From NCBI GenBank assembly GCA_964016885.1, contig OZ024742.1, positions 202,368,001 to 202,432,000 on the forward strand: a stretch of DNA of 64,000 bases. The letters are read 5' to 3'. The notes beneath the pieces were generated by a model. It saw nothing but the letters and a program-made list of their open reading frames with translations. It ran no database searches and was not told where the DNA came from. This document shows positions 1-12,745 of this stretch, one piece after another (position 1 is the first letter of the stretch; each line of letters opens with the position of its first letter). The stretch is from Eledone cirrhosa (taxonomy: Eukaryota). The translations under genes and the position numbers were made by a program.

Positions 1-29
1 ATATATACAGTGTTAAAGTAATTAATCAT

Positions 30-213
30 AATTGTTTCTACTTTTGGCACAAGGCCAGTAATTACCCAGTGCATTACTGGTACTTTATTTTATCGACCCC
101 GTAAGGATGAAAGGCAAAGTCAACCTCGGCGGGATTTGAACTCAGATCGTAAAGGGACGTAACTATGCTGGAAAGCATGGCGTCCGACCCTCTACTGATG
201 CTGCCAAATACCC
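30..213 (-). mobile_element. tRNA-derived SINE, family A
   Basis: Reverse complement has an A-box-like TGGCAGCATCAG, a B box GAGTTCAAATCC and the core GCCTTTCATCCTTACGGGGTCGATAAAATAAAGTACCAG. AAAGTAATTAATCATAAT is repeated at 15-32 and 230-247 (probable target-site duplication, TSD). Many copies in the window. Confidence 0.85.
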
Positions 214-377
214 ATAGTAATTAATACCCAAAGTAATTAATCATAATGACAGCCGATAATTAACATTTTACCGGCCTACAGATACCCCACCTCACCAACA
301 CCTCTAACACTCATATATACTTACATCAGCTTACGAACTACCACCCACAACCACATAAGCACCAGCTATATATATAT

Positions 378-520
378 GAAGGCGCATGGCTTAGTGGTTA
401 GAGCATTGGGCTTGCAATCGAAAGGTTGTGAGTTCAATTCTCGGACCAAGTGATGTGTTGTTTCTTTGAGCAAGACACTTTATTTCACGCTGCTTCAGTT
501 TACTCAGCTGTAGAAATGAG
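378..520 (+). mobile_element. tRNA-derived SINE, family B
   Basis: A box TGGCTTAGTGG, B box GAGTTCAATTC, then TTGAGCAAGACACTTTATTTCAC. Homologous to 14664-14883, 24929-25163 and 45045-45255. Confidence 0.8.
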
Positions 521-618
521 ATGATAGGACTGGGGTCCCTATCATTTAATCATCCAAGACACCTCCAACGAGATATACCTTGGGAGAAGCCAGCTAAACC
601 TGCATAGGTTTGAGCTGT

Positions 619-654
<36 letters not shown>

Positions 655-656
<2 letters not shown>

Positions 657-765
657 CATATAGGTATATATTTGGTTAACGCTTGATATATATATATAGG
701 TATATATTAGGTTAACGCTTGATATAGCAGGGTGAGGGTCTTAACACACACACTCACACACACAC

Positions 766-817
<52 letters not shown>

Positions 818-910
818 AGATCCTCTTCCTGCTATATCAAGCGTTAACCTAATATATACCTTCCATATACTGTAGCGATTGTGTTGTTATTTCTGTTTAC
901 CTTTTACATA
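655..910. repeat. fold-back repeat fragment (probable Penelope-like element end with inverted copy)
   Basis: GGTATATATTAGGTTAACGCTTGATATAGCAGG (about 699-732) is inverted at about 828-860. The same sequence recurs at 13778-13840. Confidence 0.55.
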
Positions 911-934
911 TATAATATATATATATATATATAA

Positions 935-1330
935 GGATTTGTGCTCTGAAATAGCGATGTATACATGAATGTATGTATAGTATATTTGGTAATATACCGT
1001 ATGTTTAATTAAAAACCTTTTGAAGGCCTTGCGCTATCATTTTAAAGTAGTGACTATGTCACATTTCTTTTTTCGGCAAAGGAAGGGAGAGAAGCTGACA
1101 GATTCTGTTTCACACTGTTGGTGTTCCTCAGAGCAACGTACTCCCTGCCTCTGCCGAAAATTATAGAGGCTGGATTCTTGTAGAATTCCAGTAATAATCA
1201 GGAACTGATTATACAGAGCGATTGCCGGTCCAGCAAAAATTTAAAATTAGGATTGGTGCTCTGAAATAGTGATGTATACATGAATGTATAGTATATTTGG
1301 TAATATGCCGTATGTTTAATTAAAAACATT
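935..1330 (-). mobile_element. non-coding HHR-bearing repeat, family D (about 310 bp monomer plus terminal direct repeat)
   Basis: 935-1017 is repeated at 1250-1328. Homologous to 1700-2230 and 37070-37555. Confidence 0.75.
1094..1134 (-). ncRNA. type I hammerhead ribozyme, canonical core
   Basis: Sense GCT-CTGAGGA-ACAC caaca GTGT-GAAA-CAG aat CTG-TC/AGC; all three stems pair; GUC cleavage triplet. Confidence 0.8.
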
Positions 1331-1391
1331 TATATATATATAATAGAAAAAAACCCGCGGAACTTTCGTTTACATATGAAACATATTTATT

Positions 1392-1497
1392 GCGTATCAA
1401 CTTGTTACGCGCGTTTCGCAGAGGATTGGCTCCAGGTAATCCATGGGGTTTATGGACCTGACTCCAGTATCGATCTGCTCCTCAGACTGGTGATGCG
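1392..1497 (-). ncRNA. type I hammerhead ribozyme with extended stem II
   Basis: Sense GT-CTGAGGA-GCAGA...TCTGC-GAAA-CGCGCG-TA/AC; palindromic stem III; distal stem I ATCA/TGAT. Confidence 0.75.
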
Positions 1498-1527
1498 ACA
1501 AAAGATATAGTTTTTGATGCGATTTTA

Positions 1528-1611
<84 letters not shown>

Positions 1612-1617
1612 ATTAAA

Positions 1618-1699
<82 letters not shown>

Positions 1700-1705
<6 letters not shown>

Positions 1706-2230
1706 TGTATATATAGTGTATTTTGCAATATACTGTATGCTTAATTAAAAGCATTTCGAAGACCTTAAGCTATTGCTTTAGAGTAGTGACAGTCTCACTT
1801 ACTTTAAATTTTCCGCAAAGAAGGGGAGATAGAGCTGACAGAGCTCTGTTTCGTACTTTTTGTTACTTATCAAAGCTAAATACTCCACCTGTTTGCTGAA
1901 AATCATGAATGTTTGATTCTTATAGAATTCTAGTAATAATCAGGAACTGATTATACAGACCGGTTGCCGGTCAAGCAGAAATTGAAAATTAGAATTGGTG
2001 CTCTGAAATAGCGATATATATATGAATGTATATATAGTGTATTTTTCAATACACTGTATGCTTAATTAAAAGCATTTCGAAGACCTTAAGTAAGTGAGAC
2101 TGTCACTACTCTAAAACAATAGCTTAAGGTCTTCGAAATGCTTTTAATTAAGCATACAGTGTATTGCAATATACACTATATATACATTTATATATATATC
2201 GCTATTTCAGAGCATCAATTCTAATTTTAT
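1700..2230 (-). mobile_element. family D HHR repeat with direct repeat and 5' inversion
   Basis: 1698-1769 is repeated at 2017-2089; 2091-2230 is an inverted copy; flanked by (TA)n. Confidence 0.8.
1833..1877 (-). ncRNA. type I hammerhead ribozyme, U3-A8 variant core
   Basis: Sense AGCT-TTGATAA-GTA acaaaaag TAC-GAAA-CAGAGCTCTG-TC/AGCT. Confidence 0.75.
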
Positions 2231-2396
2231 ATATATACTAGCAGAATGGCCCGGCGTTACTCGGGATTTGCTCTAGGGTTCTTATATATTTGATATATAT
2301 TTGTTCTTATTGAACCTCGTGAAATAAATACGTTTATTTATATTTGTTATTGTGCTTGCAAAAATATCTGTACACGAATATATAATTATATATATA

Positions 2397-3337
2397 TCTA
2401 CTTATATATATAACCAGCAATTTCTCTGTCTGTCTGTCTGTCTGTCTGTCCGACAGTGAAAACACGTGCGTAGAGAGAGAGTGAGAGTGAAAGAAAGAGA
2501 CAGACTACGAGAGGGGGATAGCGGGAGGGAGAGAGGGAGAGAGAGTGAATAGACGCTAAAACACGTGCTACAGAAATATTACCTTCCCCTCTCCACTGAC
2601 GTTGGTCACTGAGGCCGAGGGAATCGTTGGTTGCTATAGAGACACCTTGCACAAGCCAGAAGTAACCAGTTCGAGGCGATTCTGACTTGACACCATGCGA
2701 AGAAGGTTGCCATTGAATTTGTGGTTTGAAGAAGGTTGCCATTGAATTTGTGGTTGTTGCTGCTGATAATAAGGACCATTTGAAGAAGGTTGCTGCTGAT
2801 GAGGTAATTTATTAATCAGATTGCGCAGTTCCATAACCTACGTTTGATTTGTTCAGTTTTTTTCTTCAATTTTTGTTGTTGTTTTTTTTTATTTCTTATT
2901 GAAAAAATATAAATAATAAAATAAGGTTAGACATTTAAATACAATTAAATACGATTTAATTTCCATTTCCAGCAGCCAATGTCCAGTGTTCAATTTCATG
3001 AAAAAATTGGAAATAATTCAAAAGATTGAAGTTTAACTTTTGAACATTTGTTTTGACAATAAAAAAATATATCCTTATTCACACCTAATGGTATGATAAA
3101 ACTTTCATAGGAATATTTTTTTCTAACCGCCAGTTATTTATTTTCTCCTTTTTCGTTTTAACATATATTTATTTCAAAGATTTCACCATATAGATAACAT
3201 ATATATTTATACATGCATAAAAGACACACCGAGAGACGTTGAACATGTGGTGCCGTTCTCATCCAAATCTCAACAATATCAGTATATACACTAGATTTGC
3301 TAGCAGAAAACCGCCCACCGGGTGGTTTTCTGCTAGT
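2397..3337 (+). mobile_element. non-autonomous Helitron-like element
   Basis: 5' TC start followed by a (TCTG)n tract; 3' hairpin ending in CTAG at 3333-3336; a further TCTATATA...TGTCTGTCTG start follows immediately. Confidence 0.6.
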
Positions 3338-4467
3338 CTATATATCTAAAATAGAGAATGTCTGTCTGCTCACTAAAACTTGAGAACCACCCAACCGATT
3401 GTTTTCAAATTTTACACATGTAATACTTATGGTCCTGTGAGTGTTTTGAGCCAAAGATATTTCAAATGTTCAATACCATAGGGACTGCATTAGGCGATTT
3501 AGCGATCTCTCTCTATAATTCTTAGTCTTTCTTTTTAGATAGATACATAGATATAACGTTGCGTCCTTATAATATATGTCTGTATGTCTAGCTGTCTGCA
3601 TTACGACATTATGACGCGATCAGTGTGTATGTGTATATACATGTATCGTAATGCAGACAGCAAGACATATAGCTTTCCTTCCCCTCTTCCAGCGTCTCTC
3701 TCACCCGCTATGCCCCTCTTTTAGTCTGTCTGTTTCTTTCATTCTCACTATTTATCTTTATAACTCACTCACATTAATACTAAAGGGTTAAGGTATTGTT
3801 CTCAAAATAAGTAATATTAAATCAATGAGATTTTTATATTATGTGAGATAAAGCCTTTACCATGAAAATAATATAGTATATATAGAGTAATGTAAATGCT
3901 AAAGGGTTAATTCCATCAGACCCTGTGAGAAAGTTTATAATCACTAACGCACACATACACACTCACGCATGCAAACGCACACAAACTCACACACACGCGC
4001 GCGCGTACACACACACGCAATAGTTATTCCACTGTCATGTATCTTTGACGCATACAACTCTCAAAAGACGGCGTCTGTCACTCTCTCTCTCTCCCGCTAT
4101 CCCCCTCTTTTAGTTTGTCTGTTTCTTTCACTCTCACACTTTCTCTCTGTAACTCGTTCACATTTCTCCCCTCTATCGAAAAACGCTGTGACGAATGGGG
4201 AGAAGGAGGAGGAGGAGTATAGAGCCACTTCTTCACTTCGCCTCTCCGTTTCTTTCTCTCCCCTCTCACTCCCTCATTATGTACAGACATTGGCCACTTC
4301 ACTAATTCGATCCCTAGGTCAGAATAATTTGAAATTTCTATTTTGCTCAAAACACTTCCGGGTCCATGCGGGTTACATGTGTAAAATCTGAACAAAAAAC
4401 GGTTGGGTACTTCTCGAGTTTTAGGGAAACAGACACACAGACAGACAACCTCTGTTTTATATATATA

Positions 4468-5261
4468 CTAGCAGAATGGCCCGGCGTTGCTCGGGATTTG
4501 CTCCAGGGTTCTTATATATTTGATATATATTTATCCTTATCGAGCCTCGTGAAATAAATACGTTTGTTTATATTTTGTTATTGTGTATGCAAAAATATTT
4601 GTCCATGAATAAGCAAAGAATCACTGCTTTCACACTTAACGGGATCTTCTGAAACTAAAAATATCAATCTGTGAACGCAGAAAATGAATCGCTGCTTTCA
4701 CCCTTAACTGGATATTCTACCTAAAAGCAGTATGAAGTACACTAAGACTAACTGATGTAATCGTTGGCCCTGTTTGTTTATATTTTGTTTCTGTGTATGC
4801 AAAAATATCTGTACACGAATATCTATATTAAAATAAAATATTAATGTTTAAGCAAAGAATCGCTGCTTTCAACCTTAACGGGATCTTCTTAAACTAAAAA
4901 AAATCAATCTGGAAAACAGGAAGACGATACTTTGGTTTGTGAAGACGTTCCCTGGCATAAGAATATATACACACACACACTGATCGCGTCATAATGACGT
5001 AATGCAGACAGTCAGGCATACAGACAGATATTATGAAGGCGCGACGTCATATCTATGTATCTATCTAAAAAGAGAAAGACTAAGAGAAAGAGAAAGAGAT
5101 TGCTAAATAGCCTAATGCGGTCCCTAGGGCATTGAAAATTTGAAATGTTATTTGCTCAAAACACTTCCGGGGCTATACGGGTTACATGTGTAAAGTTTGA
5201 AAAAAAAACGGTTGGGTACTTCTCGAGTTTTAGGGAAACAGACACACAGACAGACATCCTC

Positions 5262-5275
<14 letters not shown>
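4468..5275 (-). mobile_element. non-autonomous Helitron-like element
   Basis: Minus-strand 3' end CCCGAGCAACGCCGGG...CTGCTAG at 4468-4497; 5' end with TGTCTGTCTG near 5250-5275. Abuts another copy's 5' end (4330-4466). Related 3' ends occur at 2238, 51547-51574 and 63291-63318. Confidence 0.65.
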
Positions 5276-5304
<29 letters not shown>

Positions 5305-5306
<2 letters not shown>

Positions 5307-5486
5307 CTCAAACGCAGAAAATAACTATAAACAAATGCGTAGAGAGAAATCGGGTAAAATAGTGACAGAGCCACTGCGCAAATCGGACTTCGCATCCCTC
5401 AAATCTCTGCCAATATTTTACCCGATTTTCAACGGTATTTTATATAGTAATCGACTGTAGTTACAGTAACTTTCTGCGTTTGGGAC
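5305..5486. repeat. MITE-like fold-back element
   Basis: Nested inverted repeats CAAACGCAGAAA/TTTCTGCGTTTG and GAAATCGGGTAAAATA/TATTTTACCCGATTTTC. Confidence 0.55.
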
Positions 5487-6169
5487 TCCTACATTTTGTA
5501 AGATTTTCAGAACTACCCAACACTCCGATAGTTTATTTTCGAAACTGGTTTCATTACTTGGGTGTGAAATTACTGTCACGCTGTGTATCACCCTATATAC
5601 GTGTATAAATTATATACATTTATATGTGTGTATATTACAATTATCTTTTTTGATTCTCTAGAAGAAATCCCTCTGATTAGACCTGGCGTGGCATGGCCCT
5701 GTAACTTTTGAAGGAGTCGTAGGGTCGCTGTATTGACATACGGTGTTTCTAGGGCATTTTAAAACCTCACGGAACCCAACAATTGCAAATTTTTATACCA
5801 AACATCATTCGTTTAATGTTGCAGAATTATTTTAATATTGGTCTATATTTTCAAGGCAGTGGATTGGCTTGATTAGTAGAACGTCAGTTAAAAAACCATT
5901 TCGCTATTTGTTCTGTTTCATCAAATTCCAATTCACATCACACTAAAGTTTGCTTCGCCTTTCATTCCACCACGGTCGATAAAATATAGTACCAGTCAAA
6001 TATTGGAGTTGATTTAATTAACGCTACCTTTTCTTCAATTTTGCTGATTTTGTGCTTATATTAGAAATCAATGTTGGATTTTACAAAAATATGTAATCGA
6101 ACTATGCTGAGGTCCGGCTGAGTAATTAAGTAGTTGACTTCGCAACCACATACTTTTGTGTGTATACGG

Positions 6170-6772
6170 AGATAGGTGTAAAAGCCAAAACTCGCTATCT
6201 CCAATTCGGTATTCGTGTCAACCCTTACCTATGGTCATGAATGTTGGGTAATGACCGAAAGAATACGATCGGGAATACAAGTGCTCGAAATAGTGTTCCC
6301 ACGAAGGGTCTTTGGAGTTATATTACTCGATAGATTGCGTAGCTCGGAGAACAGAGGGTCACTCCAGGTACAGCCGCTACTTCTCCGAATTGAAATATCA
6401 CAGCTCTGATACTATGGGCATGTGGTTAGAATGTCTCAGGAAAGAATCGCTGAAGAAATTTGACGGACAAAACCAATCGGAAGGAGACCCAGGGGTAGAC
6501 TCCGAGCAAGATGGTTGGGTAACATCCATGAGTTTGGCTAGTCTCGCTTGGGGATCACGCCGGGTCAGTTGGTGAAGGTTGCTTCTGACAGGACCTGCTG
6601 GAAGGAGTGTTTGCGGGGGCTCAGCCCCCACGACCCTCTCAGGAATAAGTGGGCGAAGAAGAAGAAGAAGAAGAAGAAGAAGAAGAAGAAGAAGAAGAAG
6701 AAGAAGAAGAAGAAGAAGAAGAAGAAGAAGAAGAAGAAGAAGAAGAAGAAGAAGAAGAAGAAGAAGAAGAAG
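6170..6772 (+). mobile_element. 5'-truncated RTE-clade (Rex3/Expander-like) LINE with (GAA)n tail
   Basis: Translates to TLTYGHECWVMTERIRS...LLLRIEISQL*YYGHVVRM...GRRPRGR; contains stops; (GAA)n at 6655-6772. Confidence 0.85.
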
Positions 6773-7815
6773 GTTCTCTGCATCTTGGTAAGAGTCTTCT
6801 ATTATAGCTATAGGTTTACCAATGCTTTGTGGAGGGAATTTTGTAGACGGAATGACTTACCATTGATTTGCAGCTGGAAAGTTCTTTCAAGGCAGGATAT
6901 ATTTCTTCGAAGAATAACAGTTGCACACCGCCTCACCAATGTCATCCAAAGGAAAAGCCAAGGCTGGTCCAGCTTGACAACAGTGTCGTCGCAATTCATA
7001 TATATACTGTAAATTATATATATAGACTATATATACATTATATATGATTTCTCAGAGAAAGGCAAAGGGCGATACAGGTTTGCACCAATATCGTTGCATA
7101 TTTAACACATTTAGCCTATTGAGTCGGCTGAAGTAACCTGACAATGTAACCAATCTCAAGAAGTCAACAAGTCGTTTTGTCAGAGTAGTGAACACGAACT
7201 TACGAGAGGAAACAGAATACCTTAGTAATTAGATAAGGCTCCTTCACTAATTCATTAATACTTCATCGATCACAGAAATTTCAAGTTGGACCAGGCTGCT
7301 TTTTGAGAGAGATCAAGTAAGAAAGACAGAGAGATAGCTTGGGAGAGAAAGCAAGAGGAGGAAAGGCACGAGAGCAATATATTCAGTGTGACACTCTGTG
7401 ACAAAGTTAGATAGTTCGATTACAGATAGACTCCATCCAACTAGATTTAGCAGAATTTCTGGTTAAATAGAGTCCCTCACACAAATTGGTTCCACCCGAG
7501 GCTATGGTAGAAAAAGGATTCCTGCAATATTACGTAACAAGATCGAACTTGTGACCCCATGTGTGTGAGGCAAACTTAACTATGCGCATATGTCAGCACA
7601 AACCATGTAAGTGTAAAAATATATTGCGGATTATAGATTAAACTTTAGTTAATCTATACGAACATTTACCTAGAAAATCGATCATGTAGATTATATATTT
7701 TTAGAAATATTTGCATTGATTTTGCACAAAACTCAAATGAAAAGAGAATTTTAAGAAAGTGATAAATAAAAATTGAAATAATAAGACAAGCAAATTCCAA
7801 TAACACACACACGCG

Positions 7816-7874
<59 letters not shown>

Positions 7875-8280
7875 AGAGAGAGTGAGAGAGAGAGAAAGAG
7901 AGGGTGACGGGGAGAGAGAGATAAAGAGAAAGAGCGAGAGAGATAGTTAGATAGATAGATAGATAGTCATATGTATGCTTGTAGTTTACCTTTTACATAT
8001 ATCTATATCTGTGTGTGTGATATTTCGAACGAGTTCACCGCAACGTAAATGACCATAATATTACTGGATCATTATGAATGTCAACTGAGAATATCGGGTA
8101 AAATACACATGGAGACGGCAAAAAAAACTATGTGGACAATATTCCCTCCCCCAGAATACCTTATCTAATTTCTTCAACTGTTATTTAAAGAGTTCGAGAA
8201 TTTTTATGGTCATTTGCGTTGGATCTCATACATTTCAAATTCGAAATTCTTTCAATACTTCTTTACTCAACCGCTTAATA

Positions 8281-8371
<91 letters not shown>

Positions 8372-8379
8372 TTCGCTCT

Positions 8380-8474
<95 letters not shown>

Positions 8475-8516
8475 CTCACACATATATGTGTGTGTTATTG
8501 GAATTTGCTTATGCGA

Positions 8517-8557
<41 letters not shown>

Positions 8558-8706
8558 TATATATATATACAATATATATCTATCTATGTTTTATATTTTT
8601 TATATTATTTTTTTCTTAATAAACTCCGCAGTTTTCCAATTTGGTGAAGTAGCTCTTTTCACGCTGATGGGAATCGATTGATGTGTGTGTTTGTGTCTGA
8701 GTGTGA

Positions 8707-8797
<91 letters not shown>

Positions 8798-8919
8798 TGT
8801 GTCTGTGTCTGTGAGTATGTATGTGCGTGTGTGTTTGCGCCTTTTGATAATGGACGTCACCTTGATTCTTTCGAATATGCTTCCTCTACCCGCCCCCACT
8901 TCACACCTTCATTGCCACC

Positions 8920-9340
8920 CCATCATCACTAACAAAATCATTACCATAAGCATCACCACCATTACTACCACCACCACACCATCACCAACACCACCACCAT
9001 CCCCACCATTGCTGCCACCACAGAAAACACAACAGCCATCATCACCACTACCGTCACCACAACTACAACCATAACCGAAAACACCACCAGCAGTATAACC
9101 ACCAACATCACAAATACCAGCACCTATACCATAATGATCGTCACCAGTGCCACTACCACCAATCCCATCACTACCAATCCCAACGCCATCACTGTAACTA
9201 CCACCAATAACACCACCACCACCACTGCCACTCCACCAATGCTACCTTCAACAATGCCAAAACCAACATAACCACAACTATAACCCCAGCCACCACCTTC
9301 ACCACAGCCATTGCTATCGCCACCACCATCGACGCCAGCA
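8920..9340. repeat. degenerate (CAC/ACC)n low-complexity tract
   Basis: Direct reading. Confidence 0.85.
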
Positions 9341-9652
9341 TTACGTACAAGATGATTGCTCAGTATGGGGTACACGAATCTTTACATTTCGAAATAACCG
9401 AAATAGATTTTATTTTTATTTTAATTTTAGTTCATTTTATTTTAACTTTATTTTATTTTTTCTACTCTATTAAATTTATTCTTTTTACTTTATATATAAA
9501 AACACGAAGAAATGTATAAAAATCATGTGAAAAATTTACAGAAAACCGAAAAATATTCCACCATGTGTTGTAATTATAAATATAAACCATTATTGCATTG
9601 CTATTTCTATAGTGAATCTCATGTACGTATATATATATACACATATACATAC

Positions 9653-9745
<93 letters not shown>

Positions 9746-9754
9746 CATACACCC

Positions 9755-9835
<81 letters not shown>

Positions 9836-9839
<4 letters not shown>

Positions 9840-10330
9840 ATCAAGGTTTAGCAAATAAGAAGAAGTTTTAAAATAAATTTTAAAACATTCACTGTACCTG
9901 CTGTAATTACCCTTACCGTACGGTTTCAAGTCTCAAAATAAATGGATAATCCATGCGGAAATCCATTGAAAAGGAAGACTCTCGTCAGAGGGTTGTTTTC
10001 GCTCGGAGAATATAAAACTCCCAAGTTCAAATCACGAACTGGCGCTATTCAAAATTGTTCCCGAGATGAAGAGTGTATGATGAAGAAGTGCCGTGTGTAA
10101 AGATAGAAGGCAGAGGCGGAAAGGTCAATCTACTACCACTAGAAATAGCAGCAGTTAAAACGACCAAAATGTTATCTTGACTAGGGGAGATTAATAATAA
10201 TAAAGTATGTATCCCTACATGTAAAATACATATAGGGACACATGTATTATCCAACCGTATGCCAATGTGGTTCTATGGCAGGTTAATAAATTAACGAGCC
10301 AGAACATATATAATCAGGGTTTAGCAAATA
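9836..10330 (-). mobile_element. non-coding HHR-bearing monomer with terminal direct repeat
   Basis: TATAATCARGGTTTAGCAAATA occurs at both ends (about 472 bp apart). A second, deleted copy lies at 61805-62125. Confidence 0.7.
9909..9993 (-). ncRNA. type I hammerhead ribozyme
   Basis: Sense ACCCT-CTGACGA-GAGTCT...AGACTT-GAAA-CCGTACGG-TA/AGGGT; 5-bp stem I and palindromic stem III. Confidence 0.85.
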
Positions 10331-11532
10331 TATATATTTATTTCGTCTATTTTAGCTTTAACAGAAAAGAATCTTCGGCGATAGCAACAATGGGTATTTC
10401 TTTGAAAGAACACACTTCAATAACTGTTTCTACTGTTGGCACAAGCCTACCGATTAAAATAAAATGTGGAAAGTGGATGGAGTGAAAAAAATGGATTAAA
10501 ACTACACCAGTACGTTACTGGTAATTTATTTTATAATCGACGCCGTAAGGATAAAAGCCAAAGTGAACTTTGGCAGAATTTGAACACAGAGCGTAAAGAT
10601 TCATAACTATATACCGATGCTGCCAACCCATTGAGCTTTCACCCTCCTAATAATTCTTTCTGCATTTGGCACAAGGCCAACAATTTATAGAGAAGGGGAA
10701 AGTCTATTACATTGACCACAGGGCACCAATAGTACTTTATTTTATCGACCCTGTAAGGATGAAAGGCAAAGCTAATGTCAGTGCTTAGGGTGTTCTCTCA
10801 AAATGATGTTGTAGAAGTATTGAACATGAATGGAATGAGGAATGGACCTTCGCCTATGTGAATGAGTACCGTTCCAGTTATTCAATCAAAGGTCCAATCT
10901 GCTAATAAAATTAAAGTTTTACGTGCCTGAGCATTCCATAAATACATGTATTCATAGCATAATTCTCAGGGATATTTAACGTAACACCGTGTGTGACAAG
11001 GCTGATTTGAATGAGAGACAGTCGAACTCTAACAGGCTTCGAATCAGTCTTTCCCTACGCAATATCACACAAACATCAGATATCAACCCTAGGCTGTGTT
11101 AAATGATACTTCTCCAAATGTAGTGGTATAAATAAAATAAAATAGTGATTGTGAAGCGAACTTCTTAAATATTTCACCGTGCTACGGTCACTCATGTGCA
11201 GTTAAAGAAAGAGTGGTTTTAGAAGAATGTTTTATTAATCTAAATCTATTTAGTTTACCATACTCGGTCAATGCATTAAGTGATTTGTTATATAATACGA
11301 CTGGCCGAATTGTGGTACATAATTCATGCATACATACATATAGACAGGCAGACAAACAGACATACTCGTGCATACATAAATGTGTACATACATGCATATT
11401 TACGTACATACACACATAAATACATACATGCATAATGAAGACATACGTACGTGTGCACGTACTACACACATGCATACATGCATAAATACATACATACATA
11501 CATACATACATACATACATACATACATACATA

Positions 11533-11715
11533 AAATGGTGGCTGCCAACTCGTTTTCGAGTACGGCCACTACTTTATATCTGTGTAGCAGAACCCCTACC
11601 GATGCGCTGAACGAGTGTGACTTTTTAGACCAGCCAGCGACTTGAAAACTCTGGTACAGACACTACACTTGTGACAATTATTGACACATAGTGCTGGGCT
11701 CATGGTACCATGTGA
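11533..11715 (-). mobile_element. 3' end of an RTE-like LINE (C2H2 finger) in a (TACA)n tract
   Basis: CSVCTRVFKSLAGLKSHTRSAH then stop, short UTR, (ATGT)n on both sides. Confidence 0.6.
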
Positions 11716-11785
11716 CATACATACATACATACATACATACATACATACATACATACATACATACATACATACATACATACATACA

Positions 11786-11816
<31 letters not shown>

Positions 11817-12038
11817 GCAAGCCGGCCTGGTTCGCTCAAAGCACTAACTTTTTCACGGTAAATTTCCATTTATATATTTATATAAAATTATAAGTGTGAA
11901 AAGCAGATAGACAAAAAATACCTAATTTTTCTTCATAGTCCCGAATGCGCAGTTTATTCATTCATCGAGCAAAACCGGTAAATATGGACAGCACACATAT
12001 ATGTGTTTATACTTATGTCTCTATATGTATATGTACTT

Positions 12039-12120
<82 letters not shown>

Positions 12121-12630
12121 GTCAAGCCGTCGGCGACTAAACCGGTAACCCCACCAAGCTTGCTTGTTGTGATATTTTGACACCCTGCGGGATGAAATAC
12201 AAGATCCGGCGAAGAAACTCACCAGAGTCAACAGCCATCCAAATAGTACTTTTTTTCCACCTGAGAGTGAAAGTCCCCCCCCCCCCCCAGTTGTTGTCAA
12301 AACACCTTTCTAGCAGAGGGAAACTCTGAAAAAAAACCTGCAGCTTCGGAAACATCCGATGATGTTGACCAGTTCTCCTTTTCGGGTAGTGTTTTCGATG
12401 CTCAGAGTGGGATCGGTCGAGTGCAAGGCCTTCACCACTTAAAAAACCTTCAAAGCATTGCTTGTTCAGGACATTTTACAGGTTCGTGTGGCTGGCTGTA
12501 TCCTAAAGGTGCACCATTTTCTGTAATCTGACAAGCAATCGCAATACTCCTGAATTTGCAGCAACCATACACACACATACACACACACGCACACACATAT
12601 GTATATTTATATATATGTATATTTATATAT

Positions 12631-12745
<115 letters not shown>

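Noticed and set aside
378-450. tRNA gene
   Set aside because: The A and B boxes belong to a SINE head that continues into a repeated body; there is no complete cloverleaf.
6861-7007. Possible minus-strand exon with good splice signals
   Set aside because: The open-frame peptide is unrecognisable and cannot be supported without transcript data.
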